64,000 bases of DNA from Lama glama (lineage: Eukaryota): positions 68,324,001 to 68,388,000 of the forward strand of contig CM052816.1 in assembly GCA_028534125.1 (NCBI GenBank). The letters run 5' to 3'. This document shows, piece after piece, positions 1 to 13,755 of this stretch (the stretch's first letter is position 1; each line of letters begins with the position of its first letter). Under the pieces are notes generated by a model. That model searched no databases, had not been told where the DNA came from, and saw nothing but the letters and a program-made list of their open reading frames with translations. Made by a program: the position numbers and the translations under genes.

Positions 1-39
1 GTAGTATAAGTCCTCTGACAGAGACAGATTCGGTGTTCT

Positions 40-450
40 ACAGGTCCATTTTTTTTCTTCCTGGGTTCAAAACTAGACTACATTTCCCAGCCACCCTGGC
101 GTGGAATGTAGATATAGCCAGAGCACTAGTTCTAGTCATTGGAAGTGGGCAGCAAGGATGGGTGGCCCCTCCAGGCCTGGCTAATGTAACTCCCACATTA
201 TTCTCTACTCTGCCCTCTCCTGCAGGCTGGTGACAGAGGACCAGATGGAGGACTCCATGCCCCCAGAAGATGCTGGAACCACTAGACAAGAGGAGCCTCT
301 GTCTGTGAATGGCTTGGTGGATCAGGCCTCTTCCAACCTCCATCAGACTGTGACATGAGTAAGAGATCATCCTTTTGCGTGTTTGCTCTAGTTGTCACAT
401 TATTGCAATTGGGGCTTATTTGTTGTAGTGACTGACTTATTCTGACTAAT
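40..450 (+). mobile_element. MLT1 (MaLR) LTR remnant
   Basis: CTAGACTACATTTCCCAGCCACCCTGGC and GGGGCTTATTTGTTGTAG, typical of MLT1. Confidence 0.65.
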
Positions 451-3400
451 ATAAACTCCTACTCAGATCTACACCCCCTCTCAGGTCTTCAAAAAGTCTA
501 CTAGAGACGTGTAGATGTCCTATGAGGGTGGGAGCCTTGAGGAGATCGTAACAGAGGCTGAGTTTCACAACCAGGTTAACAGGGCATGGAACAGAAACTG
601 CATTTACAGGAAAACAGGGCATTCCATAATTTAAAGCCATTTACAGAAGTAGGGCCAGACATGACCACAGGATCAGAAATTTACAGAAGTATTGGAATGG
701 GTTTTGATTTCTACAGAGCATGGAATGAAGGAGGCCTTATGGAACTTTATCTAGATGTGAAGGGAGTAACAAGTGGATTATGTTGCTATCTTTATGTGGG
801 TCCGGGTGCTATGAGTGAAAATAGTTTTTGACTAACATGTCAAGGATGGAGACTGCAAAACTCTTATGACCACGAAATCCTGAATCAATATGTATATCAC
901 TTGGATGCTTACAGAATTCTTTTCTACTGAGAAATCCCTGATAGACAGCCGAGCAGGATTTATTTACCAGGCAATGAAAAGAGCAGCCAGGATCTACTTC
1001 CCAGTGTCAGTTACAGTCTCCCCATTTTTACTCTCCTAGCTCACATGCTGTTGTTTTCCTTTAGGGCATTAATGAGATACTTATTAATGCATTTATTCTT
1101 AGATGTTTTCGTTTCCCCCCTTAGACTCTAAGCTCTATGAAAACAAGGTCTGTGTCTGTTTCACCCTTATTGTATCCCTGGCACCTAGCACAGTGCCTGG
1201 CACACACTTCAGGAATATTTATTGGAATGAAATCTGTAGGTGTGTTTGTTGGAATAAAGTGAAATCTGTACATGTGAGAGCCTCAGTTAGCCACCTGTTG
1301 ACCTTGGAGAATTCACCTCCTAATTTAGTTTTAAAAATCAAATATTGTTTAACTGTCTGACAATTTGAAAATGCATTACTACCTTTCTTTATGTAAAGAA
1401 CAAATGGCATTTATCATACATGAATATATGAGTTCTCATACATGAATTTAATCCTAGCAACAGCTATGTAGGGTTATTATTATTATTGTTATTATTATTG
1501 ATAACATCTGCTTCTTCCTAGAAGACACATGAATCCTTTTTCCATGCATTATATAGCCCAGGCTGAGTTTGAAACTGAGTGTCTCTTTCCCTTCAATCCA
1601 GGCAGCAGCAATATTAAGTAAATAGCCTTCCTGGCTGAACCTCAGCTGACCTGCCTACTGGAACCTTTCTTATCAGAGTTCCAGGAATAATCACTTTTGT
1701 TTTTTAAGAACAAGATATTGATAGAATATAGCAGTATCCTTTTTTCAGATTGCTTTGTGCAAGTCTGGCAGTTTTTCCTCAAACAGTACAGCCTAGACTC
1801 ATAATTACGCTTTTCCTCACCACATCCCACCTTCCCCCAGCCACTGGAATACAGGAGCCCAGACTTGCACCTTGGTACTGTATTAGCAGTTCTGAATCAT
1901 TTTGTGCAAATTTGTATTGAATATATCCTTACCTCTTCTCCTTTGTTCACTTGTGAGCTTATGGGGGCAGATTTTATAAATAACTATCCATTTTCTTTTT
2001 TCCTTCATTCTGAGAATGCGTCCTTAGGATAATTATTGTTTCATAGAATAGCAGAAAAAAATGAAAAATATAATCTACATCAACCTCTCCATTTTATAGA
2101 TGAGTCAACTAAAACCTAAAGTAACGAAGTTTGCTTGCCTGACATCATATAGCCAGTTAGCAGCAGATCACTTTCCCTCTGATTTTACTTCAGTATTTGT
2201 CATATGTTGATATTCCACATGACATCTTCACAAGCACAACAGCCTCACTCACACACCAAATGACTGCTTTGAGTTCATCATGAAATTCAAAGTAATTTAC
2301 AACATACCATTTTAAGCAGATACAGATCACTTCAGAGCAGAATTGTTAGTAATGGTAAATTATACTAAATCACTTGCAATTTCTCCAATATGCCACATGA
2401 TTTTGTTAAACCTCCATGCTAGCATACGTGATTTTACCTCATCTCATTAGGAAAGCGGTGCATTCCATAATCTAAAGCCATTTACAAAAGCAGGGTCAGA
2501 CGTGACCATGGGATCAGAAACTTAAGGAATTTACAGAAGAAAGGACTCTCCTTTCTTGCCTGATGAACTCTTTTCATCCATCAACACCTAGATCAAATGT
2601 CACCGTCTCTTTGCTGGCTTTCTTGTCTCCTCAAGGACTCTCTTCTTTGTATTGCCAAGGCTCTTTATTTTAAGTTTAGGCTCCATGAAGCTGAACACCT
2701 CGAGGCCAGGACCTTGTCTATATGCTTCTCCCAACACCCAGCACTGATAGACACATTATTAATGTCACTGAAGGAGTAAGTGAATGAATGAATAAGTAAA
2801 TTGAATTAAACATTGTTTGCCAAAAATTATTCACTTCTTGGGAGATACAGCAGAGAAGAAGGAAAATTAAAGATGCCTTTTATATTCTGTCAGCATGGTT
2901 CTTCTGGCTGCTAAATGACATAAACGCTGTTGGCGTTTGAGGGCTAGTCTCTGGCACATAAGCAACATGACTATTGAATAATGACATTACTTTAAGTAAA
3001 TCACCCAAAATGTCTCACAATCAGATAATCATACCTTTGAGGGATTTTTCTAAAGATTGGGCCATCTCTCCATTACCTCAAAGTGAAGTAAGTGGAACCA
3101 TTAACCTCTCTTTCTTCTATAATATGTGTATAAATGAATGAGGCTGATAAGCAAATATTTGTTATACTTTCTCTGTGTCTAGTTGTATGAAAATACCAAG
3201 AATTTTTTTGAATTTTAAAAGTAACTATATGTCTTGCAAGAGTAGACTTTCATCCAAATTCAGTAATTAAAAAAATAATATGTTCAGCCTATTCTACTTA
3301 CTAAGATTTAAAATAATAATAGTAACGGGTAACTTTGTTGAGCACTCATTATGTGTACCATGCTAGGGACTTGGCAGGCAGTCATTTAACCCTAACAACA

Positions 3401-3762
3401 ACAATGGAAGGTAGAATCACTCTTCTTTTATAAATAAGGCATTCAAAGGGTCAACTTTCTTCTCAACATCACTGCTAGTCTGGGGAGAGCTGGCACTTGA
3501 GTCCAGATGTGTTTAACTCCAGAGCCTGGACCTTTAACTACTGCTGCATATAGTCTTCCCTACACTTCAGACAATTTGCAGAGTCTAGGTCTAAAAACAG
3601 AAAGGCTTCTAGCTAATTCTCAGTTGATCAGAAAAGTAAACCAGCCCATCCTCCCATGCAGTTTGCTCCTTGGTTTATATTACAGACCCACTCTCACTTT
3701 GAACTGAGGATATACTGCGTATATACTATACACATATACAATATCCTTAGGAGTAATGAAGA

Positions 3763-3868
3763 TAGAGTTGCCAGATTTAGGAAGAAAAACAGATCCTTAG
3801 GTAAACAACAAATAGATTTTAGGATAAATATGTCTCATGCAATATTTGTGTTTCATCTGGCAACTCTA
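3763..3868. mobile_element. Internally deleted hAT MITE (MER53-like)
   Basis: Perfect 14-bp TIR TAGAGTTGCCAGAT/ATCTGGCAACTCTA; 8-bp TSD AATGAAGA/ATTGAAGA. Confidence 0.85.
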
Positions 3869-3974
3869 ATTGAAGATACCACTAGTTCCATACCAAAGGG
3901 ATTAGTGGTCCTATCATGTGGTTTATAAGAAAATTTAACAGGAAAATGATAAATTAAAGATGACCAATAATTCT

Positions 3975-4460
3975 TTGCCATTCCTCCAATTGAGAAGATC
4001 AGTTTATTTGCCTCCTTTTGAATCCTGGCTGGCCTTAGGGACTCACTTGACAAACAGAATGTGGCGAAGTGACATTCTGTGATTCCTGAGGCTAGGACAC
4101 AAGAAACCTAGCAGCCACCACCCAGGTCCCTTTGAATTCTCTAGAATTCCTGAGAAGGGTGGAAAGAAATCCAACTACCCTGAGACCACCATACAAGAGA
4201 GAACACATGTAGGTGCCCTGGTTGACAGTACTTGCTGAACCCAGACTCTAGCCAGCCCTGCTGAGATACCAGACATGTAAGCAAAGCCATCCTGGGGACT
4301 CCAGACCAGCCTACCCACAAAAGAATACCGAGTGACTCAGCTGACACTACATGGAGGAAAAGAAACACCAAGCCCTGCCCAAATTCCTGACACACACAAT
4401 CATGAACTATAAAAACAGTAGTTGTTTTCAGGCACTAAATTTTGGGGTCCTTTGTGACAC
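3975..4460 (+). mobile_element. MLT1 LTR
   Basis: 3' end GTTGTTTTCAGGCACTAAATTTTGGGGTCCTTTGTGACACAGCAGTAGATAA. Confidence 0.8.
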
Positions 4461-5389
4461 AGCAGTAGATAATCGGAACTATTTTATCATTTAGTATTTT
4501 AATAATTGTCCAGAATACCAGAAACAGGGTGTTTTCTCACATTAGAAACATAATCTTGATTAAACCAATACCAAGATCATACTTAATGGTGAAAGCAAAA
4601 GAGATATTATCTGTTAACATCAAAAATACAAGAATGATTACTCTCAAAATTAGCATTTAGGCCTGGAATTTTACGTATATTTCAATGAGCAGTAGTAACC
4701 CAAAATTCATTAATTCTCTTGGGTATCTGATATGTCTCGTAGCCTGGCCTCACATCCTCTCAGCCCACCTTCTCCTCCAGCCACTACTGGGAAACCTGCT
4801 TCTTGCACCTTGCTTCAGCTGCACTTCATCACTCTAGCTCTTCTGCTCTGGGGTGTCTCTGATACCCTGACATCCGGGAGAATGCCCACAGGAAGCTGCT
4901 CAGCACCCAGGTGTACACCTAGAGCATGAGAGCTTGGCCATGAGACTTGTGCAGTGTCACAGGCTCTGTGCTTAGGAGGGCCCCAGGCTTGGTTTAAGAT
5001 TCTGCTGTCAATATCTTGAATTCTTTACTACTTTTTGAACACGGATCTATAAATTCATTTTGTATCAGGCCTCACAAATTCTATAGCTGGTCCTGTACAC
5101 ACCCATGGCAATGAGAACCCTTGATCAGAGCTGCAACAGAATCTGGTGGGTAGATACCCTCTTCCTCTGTCCCTTGAATGGACAATTCTGAGACACATTC
5201 TACATGGCTCCAAGGAAGATGCCCATCCCCCATCCTGAGTGACCACTTGAGAATAAACATTTGTATTGGCTTTCTTCCTTCACTGTTTTTCTTCTCCAAC
5301 CCGCAATCTTATATGAGATCACTTCCCAAAATGCGTACAAGCCCTGGTAGCAGCGACCATTTTCTAGGAATAACTCAGGCTAAAGCAGT

Positions 5390-6010
5390 GTTTTCAAATC
5401 CCTTCTGTGCCATGGTTCTGGATTCCAGGGATTCAGACGTAATCAGAGCAAAATTTCCTGCCATCGTAGAGTTTACAATCCAGGTGGCAAACATGATAAA
5501 TTGGTGAGCAAATATACAAGATCATTACAGATTGTGATGAGTGTCTGAAGAACATAAACAAGGTGCTCTGAGAGCAGGAAGGGTGGGGATGTGAATACTG
5601 GATTTGAGGCTTGAATCATAAGAAGGCCAACACATGCCAAGGGCTGGAGAAAAAAAGTGTTTCAGGCAGAAAGAGTAGCAAGACCAAAGGCTCTGAGGTG
5701 AAAATGCCCTTGGTGTGTTTGAGGGACAGAAAGAAGACAGAGTGAGGAGCCCAGAGAAGAAGAAGAGAGGTAGTACAAGACACTACTGGAGATAGAAAAG
5801 GACTGATCACGCGGGGCCACATTAAGGAGTTTGTATTTCATTCTAAGTATGACAGGGGAGGGAGTACATTCTGATTTCAATTTTTAAACTGTGAACCTGT
5901 GAGGAGAATGGATTGGAGGGGAGCCACTTAGAAAGCTATTGCAGGCATCAATGTGAGAGTTGGTGGTGGCTCAGAGGAAGGTGGGAGAAGGGAAGATGGA
6001 CAGAAGGGAG
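5390..6010 (-). mobile_element. L2 fragment
   Basis: Purine-rich L2-like sequence, e.g. GGCAGAAAGAGTAGCAAGACCAAAGGCTCTGAGGTG...TAAGGAGTTTGTATTTCATTCT. Confidence 0.65.
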
Positions 6011-6379
6011 GAACTGCACCAGAGCAGGTGCACTAGGGGCTCTTGGAGCTGATTCAAGGTCTGATCTCTGGTCAAAGATAAACAGGCTCCCAGTAGAGCA
6101 AGAAGCATGCCAACAACTTCTCTTCTGAGTATAGAGGCTGCGGCCACTGCTGTATCCTCACCTCATGGAGGGAGGAAGAAGAGCAGGATTCAGGCATTGG
6201 GAGGGGAAGCAAGAAAGGTGGCCTTAGCTCATTGCTAGATCAGGAGCCAGCCCTCAGGGCTACAGAAATCGTGCTGCCTGGAGCTCCAGGGCATCCTCTG
6301 CCTCTTCTCTGATAAAACACCATCCGTGCTCCACTGCCCCACCCTCAACTCATCTTGCTTTAGATGTTGCATTTTCCAC

Positions 6380-8400
6380 ACATTTTCAGCAACTGACAAT
6401 ATCTATGGAAAAAAAAGAGAGAGAGAGATAATTATTTGAAAAAAGACTAAAGTTATTTCCAGATGACTTGATTATGTACTTAGAAAACCCAACTACTCAA
6501 CAGCAAACCTTTGGAATTCCTAAGAAAGTTCTTCAGAGTTGTCAAATACAAAATATCCAGAAATCTATAAATGTCCCATATGCCAACAATAAGTTAGGTG
6601 ATACAGTGGGAGAATAAGCCCACTTATAATACAAAAATATTAAAACTGTGGGAATAACCTTAGCAAGAAATACATAAGCCTATATGAAAATAACTACAAA
6701 AACAAAAAGAGCAAACCTGCAAAGCTTTTAAAATAAAATTATAATAACTGAAGAACTATTCCATGTTCCTAAAACAGAGTTAATTTATAAGTTTAATTTG
6801 AATTTATTTAAAAAGGTTTTTTTATATGTAGGAACTTGACAACATGACATTAAAATAAACTGAAAGAATAAGCATTCCAGAATTTCTAAGAAATTTTTGA
6901 AAGAGGAAATCTATCAGGTATTAAAACATATTATAAAGCTGGAATAATTAAAGCACTGTTGTATTAATGTAAAATGCAATCTTTTAGTGAATCTCAAAAC
7001 AGACCTTAGAATATTAAAAAATTCAATTTATGAGTGATAAATTATGTATTACAAACTAATGTGAACAAAAGGTTGGGTTTCTAAGCATAAAAGCAATAAA
7101 AAAAGTGTCAAAGACAACATCATATTTGACCATATAGAAGTTTAAGCAATTATATAACAAAAAAATCATAAACAAAGATTAAAAGCATATTGCAAACTGT
7201 GAGAAATATTTGCAGTATAAGTGACATGCATGAGGTTAATATCCTTACTATAAAGATCTCTAACCTATAACAAGAAAATATCAACTTCAACTGAGAGGAG
7301 TCAATGGGCATGAATAGATAATTCACAAACATATACATGTTGGCCAATAAGCATAAAAAGATGTTTATCATCGCTAGTCATCAAAGATTGCAGTTTAATG
7401 CAACAATGAGATAGTTTTTCACATATAAAATTAGAAAAGAATTTCATTAATGATAATAGACCAGCATTTATTGAGTACTTACTGTGTGCTAGGCACTCTT
7501 CCATGTATTTACTTGTAATATATCATTTAAACTTCATAATAATTCTACGAAGTAGGCAGTATTGCTGGGCCCACTTAATAGAAGAGAAATCAAGACACAG
7601 AGCAGCTAAGCAACTGTTGCCAGCCCACACAGGTAGGATGTGGTCAAGTTGAGATTCAATTTTAGAGTTTGATTCAGAAGCCTGATCCCAGTGCTAAACC
7701 ATTAGGCAGGAGTCAGTGTTGGGAGGAAGTTGTGAAATAGACACTCTTCTGAGCTGCCAGTGGTGGAATAAATTGGTAATGCCTCTCTGAAAAGCAATTT
7801 GACTCTTCAGTATCAAGGATCTTAAAAAGACTTGTAGTCCTTGATTCAATAACTTCACTTCCAAGACTCATTCTAAGGATATTAGAGACAGGAATAGAGA
7901 ATCACGTGAAGAATATTTATTATAGAATTATTTATAAAGCTGAAAAATTTAGATACAAAGTGTTCAACAACAGGAAAGCATTTACTAAAATAAATATACA
8001 TTAAAAATGTACTTAGGGGGAGGGTATAGCTCAGTGGTAGAGCACATGCTTAGCATGCATGAGGTCCTGGGTTCAATCCTCAGTACCTCCTCTAAAAGTA
8101 AATAAACCTGATTACCTCCCCCGACCCCTGCCAAAATAAAATAGTTAAATAACATGATGATAAATAAATAAAATATATTTTAAAAAGTAAATAAAAATAT
8201 ATTTAATGACATGAGGATATGCAATAATAAATAATGTTACATGAGAAAAAAGCATATGACATACTATGTATATAAAATATGATGTATACAGTATGCTCTC
8301 AGTATTTTGATATGGAACAGAAAGACCTGAGGATACACGTCAAGGTGTTCACAGTGATTATTTCAGAGAGGTCGAATTACAGGTGAACCTGATTTCCTCT
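6380..8400 (+). mobile_element. Old fragmented L1M (ORF2 / 3' region), interrupted by a MIR and a SINE
   Basis: A-rich sequence with TTATTTCCAGATGACTTGATTATGTACTTAGAAAACCC, the decayed LFADDMIVYLENP region of the reverse transcriptase. Confidence 0.7.
8016..8192 (+). mobile_element. tRNA-derived SINE (camelid Vic-1-like)
   Basis: GGGGAGGGTATAGCTCAGTGGTAGAGCACATGCTTAGCATGCATGAGGTCCTGGGTTCAATCC head with A/B boxes, A-rich tail, imperfect TSD AAAAATGTACTTA/AAAAATATATTTA. Confidence 0.88.
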
Positions 8401-10292
8401 TTATACTTTTCTGGACCTTCTAAATCTTCAACAAACACATCTATAAGATTATTTTTTATAATCAGGAAAAAGCCAATAAACATTAGATTATGTTTTAACA
8501 GCAGAAGTATTTGGAACACTATGAATGACTTTTACTCCTTTCAGGAAATAAACTGCATCCCAGTTAGAGATAGCCTCAATTTTATCCACTCAAACCTAAG
8601 AGAAGCAGCAAAGACCTTTGGTCCTTTCTGTCAAAGGCAGAGCTGCAGACAGACGGAAGCCGCAACTCTGTCCTCTTGGAGACAAAAGAGAGAGGTGATC
8701 TAGGAACCACCTGGACTGCCCAAGCTGTGTGCTAAGGATTTTCACAAACTTAGAGCCCTTTTGAGAGGAAACAGAATGCAAGTGCTTACCATCTTAAAAC
8801 AATTTCATCTGATAAGCACAGCCAAGGTCTGAATAAGAAATGTCCATACTCTCTGGCCATTGTATTTTTACAGCACCCTACAGAGGCGCTGACGCCAAAG
8901 GACATAAACTCAACTCTACATTTCTCAGCTGCATGATATGGGCCGGTCATTTTATTAGTCTCTCTGAATCTTAATCTTGCCATTTCCCAAATAGGATTAA
9001 TAAAAGTACAGGGCCAAAAAAGTTAAATGCCTTCAAATGTTTAGGCCTCATTTGGAAATGAAAATACCCTAGATACATGAAAATTATTATTATTATAATT
9101 AGATCTTTCTCCCTGCTTGGAAGGGCTGTCCTTGTTCCTGGAGGATCAGGTCACCTATGGTCAAAGGAAAGAAGATGCTGCATGGAACTCCAGGTGTACT
9201 GAACACTGCCCCTGTTTCTTAGGACTGTGACCTTCTGAAGTCCCTGCTGCCCACCTCCTAAGCCCCAAGGCCCTCAGGCATATGAGAGAATATGAGCTTC
9301 ATTACTGAACTATAGCTTGGCCTCCTCTGCCCAGTTTCAAAAGTGCTTCCTTCATGTGACCTGAACAGACTTTTAATGTAAACAAACATTTCCTTTGAAC
9401 CTCATAGGACCATATTTGCTGTTAGTCATATATTTGTCTTAATGGAGTGAATAACAGTCTGTAAATATCCAAAGCCTTGCCCTAAAAACATTATTAAGCA
9501 CTTTTTCTAAAGTTAATAAGTGGAAAGAAAAACACAAATAATTACATGGCACTTCTCTATGTTTTTTAAACCAAATGCTTTTGTCTCATCAACCTGGGTC
9601 AAGCAGATATAAGTAGCTCTGGCCTGCAATGAGGCAAGAATTCTTAAAGCATTCTCCAAAGTTCTTCTAGCAAATTCAGTAGGCCTCTGAAAGTTAATTC
9701 AAAAATTGGGAAAGTTCACCTAATAATTAAAAAAGTATATGCCTAAGATTTTAGAGAGCCAAGATCTCACAGCAAGTTTCCATGCACACTGTGGAGAGTC
9801 TGTAGACTTCAGTTTCTTCAAAGTAAAACAAAGGCCAAAGGACCCTAAGGTAACTTCCAGCTGGAGAGTCCATGACCATAACTGTCAAGGTCCATTTAGT
9901 TCTTGGCCTAAATTCCTATGCTGAGTCTCTCTCTGTAGCCCAAGTATATATGAAATTCATAGTTTCTCCACTTCTCCCTCAGTACCTTGGGGGAGAAGGA
10001 CCATCCTCAGGGCTCAAGGGGGTTCCTGCCTGAGGCCTGCTCATTAGAGGGCTCTTCTCTGGTTGCCTTTCCTCCTCACAGATCAGGACTCTGCAGGGCC
10101 AAGGGATGTGCTCACTAGGAGCCTGCCCTAAACTCCATGTGTTAGTCAGCACCAGCTGTTATAGCAAAATACCACAGGCTTAAACAAAAGAAATTTATTT
10201 TCTCACAGTCTGCGGACTAGATGTCCAAGATCAGGCGGCCAGCAGGATGGTTTCTGGTGAAAAAGCTTTATATAGCTTGATCTATAACTTTT

Positions 10293-10618
10293 TTTCCATT
10301 TTTACTGAGATATGATTGACATATAACATTGTATAAGTTTAAGGTATACAGCATGAATTGAGATATCTATATATATAGAGAGAGATATATATAGATATAT
10401 ATAAATGATGAACACAGTAAGTTTTAGTTAACATCCATCACCTCACAGACTTAACATTTTTTTTCTTCTGATAAGAACTTTTAGGGTCTACTCTCTTAGT
10501 AACTTTCAAATATACAACACAGTATTGTCAACTATAGTCACCAGGCTGTACATTCCCTGGAACTTACTTATTGATTTATTTATTTATCTATTTATTTATT
10601 GAGGTATAGTTGATTTGC
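10293..10618 (-). mobile_element. L1MA-like 3' end plus a second short L1 tail inside one TSD
   Basis: TSD ATCTATAACTTTT at 10280-10292 and 10619-10631; recognisable L1 3'UTR sequence. Confidence 0.8.
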
Positions 10619-12330
10619 ATCTATAACTTTTAAGTATTTAAAATATGGTAGGTGGTCCTCAATAATACTCTCTCTGGTGCCCAACAAACATGAAGAGCAA
10701 ACCGGGTGGAGGTTATCCCAGTTCCCTCTGGACTCCCTCCTCAACTCCATCTCTGATGAATTAGCCAGCCTTAATCAGATAACAAAGTTAAGGAGAGAAA
10801 TAGTCAGATTCTACCTAAGAGCAGGTTCTTGACCCATCCCTACTATAACCTGGCAGGAATTCTATATTGTAATTCCTGGATCACAGGATTACTAATTCCT
10901 GTAATACAGGAGTAATTAATCCAAGCTTGCTATACTCCACTTACTGTTCTAAACCCTTTACAAGTATTAATTCATTTGTTCCTTCCAGCAACCTGTGAAA
11001 TAGCATTATTACTATCTTTATTTTATAAATAAGAAATATAAACATAGAGAGGTTAGGAAACATATCCAAGGACACCCAGCTAGTAAGTGGCAGAGCTAGG
11101 GTTTGACCCAGTCTAGCCTTAAAAATCCTCCTCTTAACAATTATGCTGTAACCCACTCAAATAAGGTAATATTTACTGAGCACTCCCTGTGTACCAGACC
11201 TTGTGCTATTGCTAATACTATGAGGTTGGTACTATTATTTCTCCATTTTACAGGTGGGGAAACTGTACTTCAGGAAGATTAAGAAACCATCCAACAGTAC
11301 ACTCCTAACAAGCCATGTTGGTGGATTTGAACACGGGTAATCTGGTTTCAAGCACATGCTCTTCACTAGACCAATTCTGTTTGCTCAATATCCTTCCTTG
11401 AAGGAGAACACACAGGTGGCCAGGGGAGCCTGGACATATTATTGGGTCAGAGTGTGACAGTTGCCACAGAGGAAATTGATCTATGCTCAGTGAAGAAATG
11501 GGCTGTTTTGAGTAATAAAGCAATTTGAGGAAGTTAAATGGATTAAGATTACAGGTTGTGTTTCACATTGGGAAATACACTTGCATTTTTAGTTCCTGTG
11601 GCTTGATATGAAATCTCAGAGTGAATCATTACATTCTGACTTTAAGCATGTCTTCAGTCCTGGTAAGGGTGACTTACTCCTTAGGAATTTATGAGCTATT
11701 TGAAGCAGGTAGGATCTAAAGCAGCCTAACCCTTGGACCTGTTTCAGTCTAATCCAACATGATCTGGGGTCTCTGATAATATGATAAAATTCCTCTACAA
11801 AAAAGAAATCTGACTGCGTAAAAGTTTGTTGACCAGGAGGCTTTCCCAATGACGGCACAGTTTTCCTGCTTTAGGACATTGCTCAAATCTTCACTGTATG
11901 ATCAAAAGCTGGAAACATCATAATACGAAGCATACCTGAACACATATGTCTTCCCATCTCCAAAGATTCGTATCTAAAGCTTCTCTTAGAGCCAGTGGGG
12001 CAAAATGGATCAGAAAATGTCATCTTTCAGCCCCAACTCTGATGACCACAGCTCTCTGGCATGACCGCCTCAATGTTATTGCTGTAGTCAAGGACCCAAC
12101 AGTTTCCCACGTCTTGGCTCCGGGTGGCTTTGAGTGTTTTCAGTCCTTTTGTCTAGTGCAAGGGTTTGTTTGCTGATCTTCATTGTCTTTGAAGATACTG
12201 TTTGGTTACGGGGGAAGGGCCTGCCTCAAGTAGGTTAAAATATAAACTCATAGTCAATGCGAAAAAGAGCTTTAGCTCAAGGGGAGATGCCTGCCTATGT
12301 GATTGATTTCTTGGGAAAGAGCCTGTATCT

Positions 12331-12440
12331 CAAAAAATATCAAATATATGTATGTATATGCATGACTAGGACATTGTGCTGTACACCAGAAATTGACACA
12401 TTGTAACTGATGGTACTTCAATTAAATTAATTAATTTAAT
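12331..12440 (+). mobile_element. L1 3'-terminal fragment (artiodactyl type)
   Basis: TGTGCTGTACACCAGAAATTGACACATTGTAACTGA...CTTCAATTAAA followed by an AT-rich tail. Confidence 0.75.
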
Positions 12441-12650
12441 AAACCCATAATACAACCTCTGTCCTTATCCCCAGGGTCCTCCCCAGTTAGTGTCTGAGAT
12501 TTCTTTTGCCACACTTTAATTTATTTAGCCAAACAAAGCTTTATCTGCATTCACATTTATAACAAGAATGTTCTCTGTCTCAGAAGGGACAGGTATCTAA
12601 CTCAATTATATTCACATTACAAGTTCAGGATACCACAAGCTAGGTTAGGA

Positions 12651-13110
12651 CAGTAGCTCTCAAGTTTTGCTATGCATCGGAATCACCTGAAAGGGTTTTT
12701 AAAACACAGATTTCTGGACCTCGCCCTGAGAGTTTCTAATTTAGTAAGTCTGGAGTTCGGCCGGAGAATGTGCATTTCTAATAAGTTCCTTGGTGATCCC
12801 AATGCTGCTGGGGTGTGAACCACACACTTTAAAAATCACTGGGCTGACGGTTCTCAAGCATTTTTCTTCACACTCACACACTGAGGGTAGGACACCGAGG
12901 ATAGGACACTCTCCTGTCAGCACCAGAGGATCACTGGGGCAGTGATCCTGGCTGCACATTAAAGGCACACTGGAGCTTTGAAAAAACATCATTGAGGATT
13001 GTACTTCAGGCCAAAGCACTCAGAACACCTGGAGGTGAGCCCCCAGCCAGAGCATTTTGTTTTTAACTCCCCAGGTAATTTTAATGTGTAGCCAGGGTTG
13101 AGAACCCTTG
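12651..13110. mobile_element. Adjacent MER5-type hAT-Charlie MITEs
   Basis: CAGTAGCTCTCAAG...GAATCACCTG...TGCATTTCTAATAAGTTCC...AAAATCACTG, then a second decayed copy ending GGTTGAGAACC. Confidence 0.75.
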
Positions 13111-13220
13111 CTAGCATGAGATCCTCTTGGGAGGTAGGAGGCAGAGATTCATACTCAATATACCCTTCCCCCAGGTATTGTTAATACATCTCCATGGGAT
13201 ATAATACCTTCTGCTTGTCT

Positions 13221-13755
13221 TGTAACCAGGTTGAAAATCACCAGCTAACAAGGTCCAGAAAGTGTGATCATGTGTATGGTCAGGCCACTCAAGATGGCTG
13301 TTTGCTTGCTTTTCATCCATCCCTTGCTTGACCATCCTTGCTTCACCTACACCTACTCACATGAATGTGCTTCCCCACCCCCCACCACTCCCCTGCCCCA
13401 GCGAGTGATTGTTCTAGTCCTTAGGCCAGAATGGCTCTGCCTGCTAGTTTATTAAAGGGAAACATCTGCCCTTGTGATGATTGTTAACCTGAGGGGCTGT
13501 GAGGGACGTGCCCCAGCTGCTGGTTTCCCTGGTAACTCATGAGCCAATAGTAGCCTCCTTCTTCCCCAAGCAGCGAAGGTTGTCATGTCGTGCTTGCTGT
13601 CTGCTGTACCCAGTGGGATGTCAGTCCAGGATCTGCTGCTGTGGACATGTAAGACCCCTGTCCAGCAAATTGATGTCTCTGTTGCTGTCTCCAGGTTCTA
13701 TCTTCTCCAGGTTAGGCAACCACAGGCTTGGAGGCCTGTGAGGTATAGCCCAACA
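13221..13755 (+). mobile_element. Probable solo ERV LTR
   Basis: TGTAA...AACA termini and LTR-like composition; no clear TSD. Confidence 0.5.

Noticed and set aside
8017-8090. tRNA-Ala-like gene
   Set aside because: It continues into a SINE body and A-rich tail with a TSD, and related copies occur at 49693 and 58130. It is a SINE, not a tRNA gene.
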